From assembly GCA_963711565.1 (NCBI GenBank), contig CAVQEQ010000001.1, positions 416,001-480,000 on the forward strand: DNA of 64,000 bases, written 5' to 3'. This DNA comes from an uncultured delta proteobacterium. GTDB lineage: Bacteria > Desulfobacterota > Binatia > Binatales > Binataceae. Positions 47,099-55,552 of this stretch are shown in pieces (within the stretch, counting starts at the first letter, position 1; each line of letters begins with the position of its first letter). The notes beneath the pieces were generated by a model. That model was not told the DNA's origin, ran no database searches, and saw nothing but the letters and a program-made list of their open reading frames with translations. Position numbers and translations under genes: made by a program.

Positions 47099-48646
47099 AT
47101 GGTTCCACGCATCCACATCACGACCGCGATCATCTACAGCAACGGCCCACCGCACGTCGGTCATGCATACGAAGTGCTGGCCACCGACGCGTTTGCGCGT
47201 TTCCAACGCCGCAAGCTCGGTCCCGCCAACGTGACGTTCGTCACCGGCACCGACGAGCATGGTGACAAGAACAAGCGCGCAGCGGAAGCCGCGGGCCTGC
47301 ATCCCAAGGCGTTCGCCGACAAGATCAGCACGATGTTTCGTCAGGGATGGGCCGGGCTGGACATCAGCTACGACTATTTTGTGCGCACCACCGATCCCGT
47401 GCATCAGGCCCTCGTGCAGAAGATGCTCGCGCGCAGCTTTGATTGCGGCGACATCTACTTCAAGGACTACGAAGGTCTCTACTGCGTCGGCTGCGAGCGC
47501 TTCTATACCGAAAAAGAATTGCTGCCCGGCAATATCTGCCCGGTGCACAGCACTCCCGTCGAGCGGATCAAGGAGGGCAACTACTTCCTGAAGCTCGAAA
47601 AATATCGCGCGGCTATTCGCGCCAACATCGAGAAAAATCCCGACTTCATACGCCCCGAGCGTTATCGCAACGAAGGCCTGCGGATGCTCGATGAACCGCT
47701 CGAGGATCTTTGCATCTCGCGGCCCAAGGCGCGCCTCGATTGGGGTATCACGCTGCCGTTCGACGACAAGTACGTGACCTACGTCTGGTACGACGCCTTC
47801 TGGGCCTACGTCAGCGAGCTGCCCGACACCAGCGACGCGTCGCTGAAGGCGATACTGCCGGTGACGGAGCATTTCATCGGCAAGGACATCCTCAAGACGC
47901 ACGCGGTGTACTGGCCGGCGATGCTGCTGTCGGTCGGCTTGCCGCTCTATCGCCATCTGAATGTCCACGGATACCTGAATTTCGGCGGCAGCAAGATGTC
48001 GAAGAGCTCGGGCAGCAAGCAGGATCCGGTCGCCTATCAACAGACTCTCGGCCCCGACGTGCTGCGCTTCTTCATCCTGCGCGAATACACCTACGGCCTC
48101 GACGGCGACTTCACCGAACAGCGCGTGATCGATCGCTACAACTCGGACCTCGCCAACGACCTTGGCAACCTGACCAGCCGCGTGCTCACGATGGCGGCGC
48201 GGTATTTCAATGGCGAGATCAGCGCGACGCCGGGCGGCAGCGACCCACTCGACGTTGCACTCGTCGAGACCTTCACCGCGATACCGCCGCGGGTCGCGCC
48301 GCTGGTTGAGGACCTGGCATTCAATCGCGCTCTGGAAGCCATCTGGCAAGCGCTCGACGCGGCGAACAAATACATCGTCACAACGTCGCCATTTACGCTG
48401 GCGAAAGATCCGGCTCAGCTCCCGCGCGTCGCACAGATTCTCGCGAACCTGGTCGAAGGACTGCGCGTCGTTGCCGACAACCTCGAGCCGTTCATGCCGG
48501 TGACGTTGAGAAAGATTCTCAGCCTGCTCAACGTCGATGAAGAAATCGCGCGCGTGCCGTACGGACAAGGCATCAAGCGTGGCCATCGCGTAAACCCAAC
48601 GACGCCGCTGTTCCCGCGCATCGACAAGAAATCTCAAGCGCAATGA
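47099..48646 (+). CDS. metG: Methionine--tRNA ligase (short form)
   Basis: ITTAIIYSNGPPHVGH, GTDEHG, YVWYDA, GKDI, KMSKS. Confidence 0.97.
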   Translation: MVPRIHITTAIIYSNGPPHVGHAYEVLATDAFARFQRRKLGPANVTFVTGTDEHGDKNKRAAEAAGLHPKAFADKISTMFRQGWAGLDISYDYFVRTTDPVHQALVQKMLARSFDCGDIYFKDYEGLYCVGCERFYTEKELLPGNICPVHSTPVERIKEGNYFLKLEKYRAAIRANIEKNPDFIRPERYRNEGLRMLDEPLEDLCISRPKARLDWGITLPFDDKYVTYVWYDAFWAYVSELPDTSDASLKAILPVTEHFIGKDILKTHAVYWPAMLLSVGLPLYRHLNVHGYLNFGGSKMSKSSGSKQDPVAYQQTLGPDVLRFFILREYTYGLDGDFTEQRVIDRYNSDLANDLGNLTSRVLTMAARYFNGEISATPGGSDPLDVALVETFTAIPPRVAPLVEDLAFNRALEAIWQALDAANKYIVTTSPFTLAKDPAQLPRVAQILANLVEGLRVVADNLEPFMPVTLRKILSLLNVDEEIARVPYGQGIKRGHRVNPTTPLFPRIDKKSQAQ

Positions 48647-49425
48647 TTGTCGATACGCATTGCCATCTCGCGGACAGGAAGTTTCGCGACAACGTCGAGG
48701 CCGTTATTGCGCGCGCGACGGACGCCGGCGTGGCGCAGATTATCTCGGTGGGTGCGATCGGACCGATCGACTGCGATCGGCTGACGGTGGAAATCGCCGA
48801 GCGTCATGAAAATGTTTACGCAGTCGTCGGCGTGCATCCCCACGACGCCAGGGATTGCACTCCAGAACGAATCGCACAGTTGCGCGACCTCGCCTCGTCG
48901 AAAAAAGTCGTCGCGATCGGAGAGAGCGGCCTCGATTTCCACTACATGCACTCGCCTGTCGCCGCGCAGGAATCATCGCTGCGCGCGCAGCTCGCGCTCG
49001 CCGCGGAACTCGATCTTCCAATCGTGATTCATTGTCGCGACGCCGAACGCCGCCTCGTCGAGATCGTGCGCGAGACCGGCCTGCCGCCGCGTGGCGGCGT
49101 GATTCATTGCTTCACCGGCGATAGCAACGCCGCCCGCGAGTTCCTCGCCCTCGGCTTCCACATCTCGTTCTCCGGCATCATCACCTTCAAAAATTCCGCG
49201 CCGATTCGCGAGGCCGCCACAATCGTCCCCGACGACCGCGTGATGGTCGAGACGGATTCCCCCTATCTCGCGCCCGAACCGTATCGCGGCCAGCGTAACG
49301 AACCCGCCTACGTCACTCGCACGCTGGAGATGCTCGCAAGTCTTCGTCGTACAGACTCGACGGCTCTACGAGCCAAGATAATCGCCAACGCGGCTCGGGT
49401 GTTCAATCTCCCGCCCGCTTCCTAA
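48643..49425 (+). CDS. tatD: TatD family hydrolase
   Basis: DTHCH, GVHPH, IGESGLD, IHCR, IHCF, ETDSPYLAP. Confidence 0.95.
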   Translation: MIVDTHCHLADRKFRDNVEAVIARATDAGVAQIISVGAIGPIDCDRLTVEIAERHENVYAVVGVHPHDARDCTPERIAQLRDLASSKKVVAIGESGLDFHYMHSPVAAQESSLRAQLALAAELDLPIVIHCRDAERRLVEIVRETGLPPRGGVIHCFTGDSNAAREFLALGFHISFSGIITFKNSAPIREAATIVPDDRVMVETDSPYLAPEPYRGQRNEPAYVTRTLEMLASLRRTDSTALRAKIIANAARVFNLPPAS

Positions 49426-49660
49426 CCTCCCCTTGTCCGAGGGGAGGTCGGCGAAAGCCGCTTGAAAAGCGGCGTCGCCGGGTGAGGTGCAACGCAAGAC
49501 AGTTCACCAACGCCGACTCGTCTAATCGCAATCCTGAGACACTAAGGCCGCCGCTCGACAGCAGCACAACTATACGCGGTTGCATCGGCCAGCGCTGCAC
49601 CTCACCCGTCGCTCACCTTCGGCTCGCGCCGACCTCTCCTCGGACAAGGAGAGGTTAGGA
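49420..49660. mobile_element. 241-bp MITE-like element made of two inverted family B units
   Basis: 34-bp outer arms at 49420-49453 and 49627-49660 (2 mismatches). 17-bp inner arms at 49479-49495 and 49592-49608 (1 mismatch). Confidence 0.7.
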
Positions 49661-49743
49661 TCCCGCAAATTCACGAATCGGCTCCTGCGGGGTTGTAGGT
49701 ATCAAGAGCATCAAACAATGATAGCTGCTATCTGAATTGATGA

Positions 49744-50268
49744 GTGACTGACGCCATGCCAACGTTCAATCTCAAGCTGCCGCCGCCGTTCGAAGAGGCG
49801 GTGAAAACGATGGAGCGCGAAATCATGCGTTTCCTCGTGCGCTCGACCGGCGACCGCGACGACGCGATGGACCTGTTCCAGGAGACGTGGCTGCGCGCCT
49901 ATCGCGCCTATCCGACGCTGCAATCGGAAGACGGATTGCGCCCCTGGATTTTTCGAATCGCGTCGAACCTGTGCCGCAATCGCGCGCGCGATCGGATGCG
50001 CCGCGGCCGCGTGATCTCGTACGAGAGCGCCGACAGCGAAGCGATCGAGCATCGCGCGCAGCATCATCTTAATGGCGGCGGCCCCGAGGGTGCGCTGCAT
50101 TTGAAGCGATCGATCGCGCGGCTGCCCGGCAAGCAGGGACAGGCGCTGATGATGCGCAAGTTCGCGGGCCTCGAATATGCGGAAATCGGCACGGCGCTGA
50201 ATTGTTCGGCGGAGAGCGCGCGCGCAAGCGTCTATCAGGCCCTGAAGAAACTCAGGCTCGAAGAGTAA
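49744..50268 (+). CDS. ECF RNA polymerase sigma factor
   Basis: DAMDLFQETWLRAY, WIFRIASNLCRN, region 4 GLEYAEIG. Confidence 0.92.
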   Translation: MTDAMPTFNLKLPPPFEEAVKTMEREIMRFLVRSTGDRDDAMDLFQETWLRAYRAYPTLQSEDGLRPWIFRIASNLCRNRARDRMRRGRVISYESADSEAIEHRAQHHLNGGGPEGALHLKRSIARLPGKQGQALMMRKFAGLEYAEIGTALNCSAESARASVYQALKKLRLEE

Positions 50269-50273
50269 CCAAT

Positions 50274-51065
50274 ATGAAAAGCAATAAAATGAAAGAGCGT
50301 CCACCGATCGACGACCGTCTGCTCGACGCCATGATCGGACAGACGCGGCCGCGCATCGAGCGTGCGATGAAGATCCTGCGCCGCCCGCAGGCGCGCGTCG
50401 GCGTGATCCCGTCGCAGCTCGGCCGCCTGCTCATTGCGGAGAGCGACCGCGGCATCGCGGCGATTCATTTTCTATGGACCGACGGCGCCGAGCGAACGCT
50501 CGAGCTGCTGCGGAGGAAGTTCGACCTGATCGAGAACGAACCGAGCGCGCGCCGGATCGAAGCGGAAATCGATCGCGTCTTCAAAGGCGACTTCAGCGCG
50601 ATGGATCATCCGCTGGATATGAGCCTGGTCGAGAGCGATTTCAAACGCCGCGCTTACACCTCGCTGCGCAAAGTACCGCCGGGCGCGGTCATCACCTATC
50701 ATCAACTGGCGGCAACGATTGGACAGCCGGACGCTCAGCGCGCAGTCGGCACCACGATGGCGACGAATCCGATTCCGATCTTCGTGCCGTGCCATCGCGT
50801 GATTCGGTCCGACGGCACGATCGGCAATTACGGCGGCGGTGTCGATAATAAGATCAAGCTGCTGCGCGCGGAGGGATTCAACGTCGGGCGCGACCTGCGA
50901 TTGCCGTCCGGCGCCGTGATGGGCCATCGCCACACCAAAATATTTTGCCGTCCCGATTGCTCGGCGGCGCGTCGCGCGGATCCAAACAATGCACTGCTCT
51001 ACGCGGATTCAAGACACGCCCGGCATGAAGGTTTGCGAGCGTGCAAGCTGTGCAAGCCGGCGTAA
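50274..51065 (+). CDS. Methylated-DNA--protein-cysteine methyltransferase with C-terminal Ada zinc-binding domain
   Basis: RAVG...NPIPIFVPCHRVI; C-terminal IFCRPDC...GLRACKLCKP. Confidence 0.9.
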   Translation: MKSNKMKERPPIDDRLLDAMIGQTRPRIERAMKILRRPQARVGVIPSQLGRLLIAESDRGIAAIHFLWTDGAERTLELLRRKFDLIENEPSARRIEAEIDRVFKGDFSAMDHPLDMSLVESDFKRRAYTSLRKVPPGAVITYHQLAATIGQPDAQRAVGTTMATNPIPIFVPCHRVIRSDGTIGNYGGGVDNKIKLLRAEGFNVGRDLRLPSGAVMGHRHTKIFCRPDCSAARRADPNNALLYADSRHARHEGLRACKLCKPA

Positions 51066-51083
51066 CCGGCCGGCCCGAAAAAC

Positions 51084-51121
51084 AAAAAGAGCGACGCCGA
51101 ATTGCGGCGCCGCCCTCTTTC
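51084..51121. terminator. Probable bidirectional intrinsic terminator
   Basis: AAAAAGAGCGACGCCG-AATTG-CGGCGCCGCCCTCTTT between convergent genes. Confidence 0.6.
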
Positions 51122-51141
51122 GTCAGGATCGCGCGGTCCGA

Positions 51142-51492
51142 TTACTCGGTTTCCGACTGCGACTTGAGTTGCTGGATCTCCTGGCGTTGATTCTCAAGTT
51201 CCTGCTGCTGCGACTGCACCTGTTGCTGAGTTTGTGCGTTGGCGTTTTGCTGATTCTGCATCGAGTTGCCGACTACGTAGCCGGTGCCACCGCCCAGAAC
51301 ACCACCGATCAGGGCGCCCGCGAGAGGATGACCTACGGCCGCCCCGACCAGCGCGCCGCCGCCTGCACCCACCGCAGTGCCGCCGAGAGTGCCCTCTTCA
51401 CGAGTCGAAAGCGGGTCCCCTGAGCATCCTGCAAGAACGAATGTTCCCGCCAGCGCCAGACTCATAATTGCTGTTGCTATACCTTTGCGCAT
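51142..51492 (-). CDS. Glycine-zipper lipoprotein with Gln-rich coiled coil, copy A
   Basis: Lipobox LAGC, GxxxG runs, ends ETE. Confidence 0.88.
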   Translation of the reverse strand: MRKGIATAIMSLALAGTFVLAGCSGDPLSTREEGTLGGTAVGAGGGALVGAAVGHPLAGALIGGVLGGGTGYVVGNSMQNQQNANAQTQQQVQSQQQELENQRQEIQQLKSQSETE

Positions 51493-51534
51493 ACTGAGAA
51501 CCTCCATCTTCCAAATGACTATACGTCAGCCGGG

Positions 51535-51882
51535 CTATTCGGTTTCCTGTTGACCCTTCAATTGTTCAATCTGCTGACGCTGTTGTTCTAATTGTTGTTG
51601 TTGTTGCTGGACCTGCTGTTGCGTCTGAGCGTTGGCGTTCTGCTGATTCTGCATCGCATTGCCGACCGCGAAGCCTCCTACTCCTCCCGCCGCGGCGCCA
51701 ATAGCAGCGCCTGCGAGCGGCGCTCCGACCGCGGCGCCGATGATCGCGCCGGTAGCAGCGCCGATACCCGCACCGCCCAAGGTGCCTTCTTCACGCGTGG
51801 ACATCGGGTCGCCCGAGCATCCGGCGACTAAGAAAAGCGCGGCCAATGCCAATGAACCCACTATGATCTTGTGTTTGCGCAC
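51535..51882 (-). CDS. Glycine-zipper lipoprotein, copy B
   Basis: Lipobox VAGC; colinear with copy A. Confidence 0.88.
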   Translation of the reverse strand: MRKHKIIVGSLALAALFLVAGCSGDPMSTREEGTLGGAGIGAATGAIIGAAVGAPLAGAAIGAAAGGVGGFAVGNAMQNQQNANAQTQQQVQQQQQQLEQQRQQIEQLKGQQETE

Positions 51883-51898
51883 CGTCCCTGCCCCCCTG

Positions 51899-52252
51899 CT
51901 ATTCGGTTTCGCTGGAGCTCTTCAACTGTTGAATCTGCTGCTGCTGGCTCTGGATCTGCCGTTGCTGCGAATTGATCTGCGCCTGAGTCTGAGCTTGCTC
52001 GTTCTCGCGATTCTGCATTTCGTTGCCGACCGCGTATCCGCCCAATGCGCCGATACCGCCGCCGATTGCCGCGCCTGCCAGCGGATTGCCGACCGCGGCG
52101 CCGATTATCGCACCGGTCGCGGCGCCGACGCCCGTGCCGATGAACGTGCCTTTCTCGCGGGTCGAGAGCGGCTGCCCCGAGCATCCCATCACGGTCACAA
52201 TCGCAATCGCCACGCACAGACCCTTAATCAACGAAGCCACGTTTGTCCGCAC
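51899..52252 (-). CDS. Glycine-zipper lipoprotein, copy C
   Basis: GTG start after AAGGAGG; lipobox VMGC; colinear with copies A and B. Confidence 0.88.
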   Translation of the reverse strand: MRTNVASLIKGLCVAIAIVTVMGCSGQPLSTREKGTFIGTGVGAATGAIIGAAVGNPLAGAAIGGGIGALGGYAVGNEMQNRENEQAQTQAQINSQQRQIQSQQQQIQQLKSSSETE

Positions 52253-52643
52253 GAGCCTATCCTCCTTGCACACTGAGCAGTTTTCATGCCCGCCGGCCGC
52301 TGCGGTGATTTTCCCGGGTCAGCAGCAGGCGAGTTCATTAAGACGCGGATAGTTTTCTACCTTCCGCGTGCTCGATCAACCATCTCGAACATTAATCGTG
52401 CATTGAAATTCTTACCGACTCCCCAATTCGAGGCGCCATCATAAACGAATATTCATCTTCCCTGGCTGCCGCAACCGTCACGGCAATACGGCCATTCGCC
52501 GATTCTGATCGTCGCAAAAATCATAAGCACGATGCCGGCCGATTGGAATGTCTATTCCGATCTGCCTCGCTCTATCGGGAAGGGGCCGACTCTTTGAGCG
52601 GCGCGTCCAAATCTGCCGCGATTTCAAATTTCAGCCGGCACCC

Positions 52644-52680
52644 TTGACTCTATTTTGATAGTTCGATAGTTATGGAAATA
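52644..52680 (+). promoter_or_regulatory. Putative ars promoter / ArsR operator
   Basis: TTGACT followed by the AT-rich imperfect palindrome TATTTTGATAG...TTATGGAAATA, which abuts the arsR start. Confidence 0.55.
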
Positions 52681-53039
52681 TGAAAAAGGGAAAGGCCACT
52701 GCCGCACTGGCCGCGTTGGCGCATGAATCGCGGCTCAACGTCTTCCGGATGCTGGTGCAGAGCGGCCCGGACGGGATGCCCGCCGGCGAGATCGGCGTGC
52801 GCCTCCGAGTTCCTTCGCCCACGCTCTCGTTCCACCTGAACCACCTGAAGCACGCGGGCCTGGTCACCTGCAGGCGCGACAGCCGCTCGATCATCTACAG
52901 CGCCGACTACAAGGCGATGAACGATTTGCTTTCGTACCTGACCGAAAATTGCTGCCGCGGCGACGCGGAACAATGCGCGCCGGCGCTCTGCAAGCCCACG
53001 CGCTCGACGACTGCGAAACAACGCCTCGTCACCGCATGA
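52680..53039 (+). CDS. arsR: ArsR/SmtB family repressor
   Basis: RLNVFRML...TLSFHL..LKHAGLV; C-terminal ENCC...C arsenite-binding type. Confidence 0.92.
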   Translation: MKKGKATAALAALAHESRLNVFRMLVQSGPDGMPAGEIGVRLRVPSPTLSFHLNHLKHAGLVTCRRDSRSIIYSADYKAMNDLLSYLTENCCRGDAEQCAPALCKPTRSTTAKQRLVTA

Positions 53040-53051
53040 TCTCTTAAATCG

Positions 53052-53564
53052 ATGCCCACCCGCGAATTCAACGTCCTGTTTCTATGCACCGGAAATTCCG
53101 CGCGCAGCATCATGGCCGAATCCGCGATGAACCGACGGGGCAGGGGCAAGTTCAAGGCCTTCAGCGCCGGCAGCCATCCGGCGGAAACGGTTCATCCGAT
53201 GGCGCTTGAACTGCTTAAGGAGCTGAACTACGAAACGTCTGCGCTGCGTAGCAAAAGCTGGAACGAATTCGCGCGGTCCGACAGCACGCCGCTGGATTTC
53301 GTTTTTACGGTCTGCGACAAAATCGCGGGCGAGATGTGTCCGCTATGGCCGGGACAACCGATCACGGCGCATTGGGGCGCATCCGATCCCGCGGCCTTCG
53401 CCGGAAGCGACGAGGCTAAACGCCGGTTCTTCTTCAAAATCTACACCGAGCTTGAAAACCGCATAAAGATTTTCTCCAGCCTCCCATTCGACTCGCTCGA
53501 CCGCTTCGCCCTCGAACGCCGTGTCAGGGAAATCGGAACCGTCAAGTTGCCTGAAGACAAATGA
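53052..53564 (+). CDS. arsC: Arsenate reductase (LMW-PTP type)
   Basis: [27 protein letters not shown]. Confidence 0.93.
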   Translation: MPTREFNVLFLCTGNSARSIMAESAMNRRGRGKFKAFSAGSHPAETVHPMALELLKELNYETSALRSKSWNEFARSDSTPLDFVFTVCDKIAGEMCPLWPGQPITAHWGASDPAAFAGSDEAKRRFFFKIYTELENRIKIFSSLPFDSLDRFALERRVREIGTVKLPEDK

Positions 53565-54652
53565 CGCCGATCGTTCGCCGACTCTCGTTTCTCGACCGCT
53601 ACCTGACACTTTGGATTTTCCTCGCGATGGCGGCCGGAGTTGCGCTGGGCGCCGCGGCTCCGGGCGTGAGGATTGTCTTCAATCGCCTGAGCGTGGGCAC
53701 GACCTCGATACCAATCGCGCTCGGGCTCATCCTTATGATGTACCCGCCGCTGGCGAAAGTGAACTACGATGAGCTGGGAGACGTTTTTCGCGACTGGAAA
53801 ATCCTCGGCCTCTCGCTGGTCCAGAATTGGATCATCGGCCCGATCCTGATGTTCGCGCTGGCGGTGATATTCCTTCGCGATCGTCCTGAATATATGACCG
53901 GCTTGATCATCATCGGGCTGGCGCGATGTATCGCGATGGTAATCGTGTGGAACGACCTCGCCGACGGCGACACGGAGTATTGCGCCGGACTGGTTGCGTT
54001 CAATTCGATCTTCCAGGTGCTTTTCTTTTCGCTCTATGCGTTCGTGTTCGTGACGCTGGTCCCGCGATGGCTCGGCTTGGGCGGCGCAACCGTTCAAATC
54101 ACGATCGGCCAGATCGCGCAAAGCGTCGGCATCTACCTGGGCGTGCCGTTTGTCGCCGGCTTCGCGACCTGGAAGATTCTTACCGCGCGGATGGGTAAGG
54201 CCTGGTATCGCGAGCGTTTCGTTCCGAAGATCAGTCCGCTCACCCTTGTCTTTCTGCTGTTCACCATCGTCGTAATGTTTTCGATCAAGGGCGCAAACAT
54301 CGTGCATCTGCCGCTCAACGTCGGGCGCATTGCGGTTCCGCTGCTGCTCTACTTCACGATCATGTTCACGCTTTCGTTCGCGCTAAGCCGCGCCGTCGGG
54401 GCGACCTATCCGCAAACCGCGACGCTGTCCTTCACCGCGGCGTCCAACAATTTCGAATTGGCAATCGCCGTCGCGGTCGCGACCTTCGGCATCGACAGCG
54501 GCGCGGCATTCGCCGCCGTAATCGGCCCGTTGATCGAGGTCCCGGTAATGATCGGCTTGGTGGATGTCGCCCGATGGGCCCGCCGCATTTACTTTCCAAT
54601 GCCGCCAGCCGCACTGGATTTGGCCGATCGGCGCGACATCAAGAGCGCGTAG
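53561..54652 (+). CDS. acr3: Arsenite efflux transporter, ACR3 family
   Basis: [44 protein letters not shown]. Confidence 0.96.
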   Translation: MTPIVRRLSFLDRYLTLWIFLAMAAGVALGAAAPGVRIVFNRLSVGTTSIPIALGLILMMYPPLAKVNYDELGDVFRDWKILGLSLVQNWIIGPILMFALAVIFLRDRPEYMTGLIIIGLARCIAMVIVWNDLADGDTEYCAGLVAFNSIFQVLFFSLYAFVFVTLVPRWLGLGGATVQITIGQIAQSVGIYLGVPFVAGFATWKILTARMGKAWYRERFVPKISPLTLVFLLFTIVVMFSIKGANIVHLPLNVGRIAVPLLLYFTIMFTLSFALSRAVGATYPQTATLSFTAASNNFELAIAVAVATFGIDSGAAFAAVIGPLIEVPVMIGLVDVARWARRIYFPMPPAALDLADRRDIKSA

Positions 54653-54898
54653 CGGTTCAGCTCTTCCCCGACATTGAGTCAGCGTAGCGAGGTTTACCGC
54701 ATCGTTCTGCGTCTGGTCGGTCAAGCCGGCGAACTTTAAGACCGCCGCGCGACCGACAAATGGCGACGGCCAGCGACAGTTGCGATCGAGCGTCACCGTC
54801 GTTGTAGCCGTAGCTGAAGACAACGCCGTGGGTGCCGTTGGCGAAGATAGGAGCCGAGACACCTGGAGTGTGAGGCCGCTGCCCGCCGCTTAAGCCTT

Positions 54899-55522
54899 TT
54901 ACTGCCGTCGAAGCGTCGCGAGACCCGCGCCGGCTCCGATCAGAAACCCACCGCCGACACGTTCGACCAGATAGCGGAATCGAGGCGCAACCTTGCGACC
55001 GGCGCGATGAGACAGCGCAGAGTATGCCGACAACACCGTGAATTCGATCGCGAACGAGCTGAAGGCAAGGACCGCCACCTGTGAGCCCAGACGGGCTCGC
55101 GGGTCGATGAACTGCGGCAGAATCGCAGTGAAATAAATCAGGAGATTGGGGTTGGCCCCCTGCGTGACAAATCCCTGCCAGAAAGAGCGCCGCTTTGAAA
55201 CGGGATCAGGCGAGATGACCTGCTCCCCGCGTGTTTGGAATGACCGCACGATCATTCGAAAGCCAAGCCAGATCAGGTATGCAGCTCCCAGCCACTTAAT
55301 GACCAGAAACGCCTCCGAGGAAACATGTTGAGCCGCCGCTAATCCCGTCGCCGACAGCGCGAAGTAGATGCCGTTCGCAGCCAGCACACCTATCGTTGCC
55401 AATACGCCCGCAGCCTGCCCGCGCGTGAGGCCCAGCGAAATGACCAGCAGCGCAGAGGGGCCGGGGCTTAGACAGAGGAAAAACTCAGTCATGCAGAAGA
55501 ACGCCCAAGTTTCCAATGTCAT
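54899..55522 (-). CDS. LysE/RhtB family translocator
   Basis: SPGPS, KWLGAAYLIWLG, ANP...FTAILPQFI. Confidence 0.9.
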   Translation of the reverse strand: MTLETWAFFCMTEFFLCLSPGPSALLVISLGLTRGQAAGVLATIGVLAANGIYFALSATGLAAAQHVSSEAFLVIKWLGAAYLIWLGFRMIVRSFQTRGEQVISPDPVSKRRSFWQGFVTQGANPNLLIYFTAILPQFIDPRARLGSQVAVLAFSSFAIEFTVLSAYSALSHRAGRKVAPRFRYLVERVGGGFLIGAGAGLATLRRQ

Positions 55523-55552
55523 GGGGATGATCTCATTGCAACCTCGATTGAA

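Noticed and set aside
45251-48643. 1130-aa minus-strand ORF
   Set aside because: The first 583 codons are mostly the antisense shadow of metG. The real gene starts at 46894, as shown by the signal peptide, RBS and leader shared with its paralogs.
52276-52291. Possible sigma54 promoter (GGGCATGAAAACTGCT, minus strand) for the glycine-zipper genes
   Set aside because: The spacing fits, but the implied start site falls on the Shine-Dalgarno and the match is imperfect; too weak to call.
52680-54652. ars operon as a novel system or mobile island
   Set aside because: Standard arsR-arsC-acr3 with no flanking mobility genes or repeats seen.
54653-54898. Possible gene remnant between acr3 and the LysE gene
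   Set aside because: No recognisable motif or RBS, and the ORF runs antisense into acr3.
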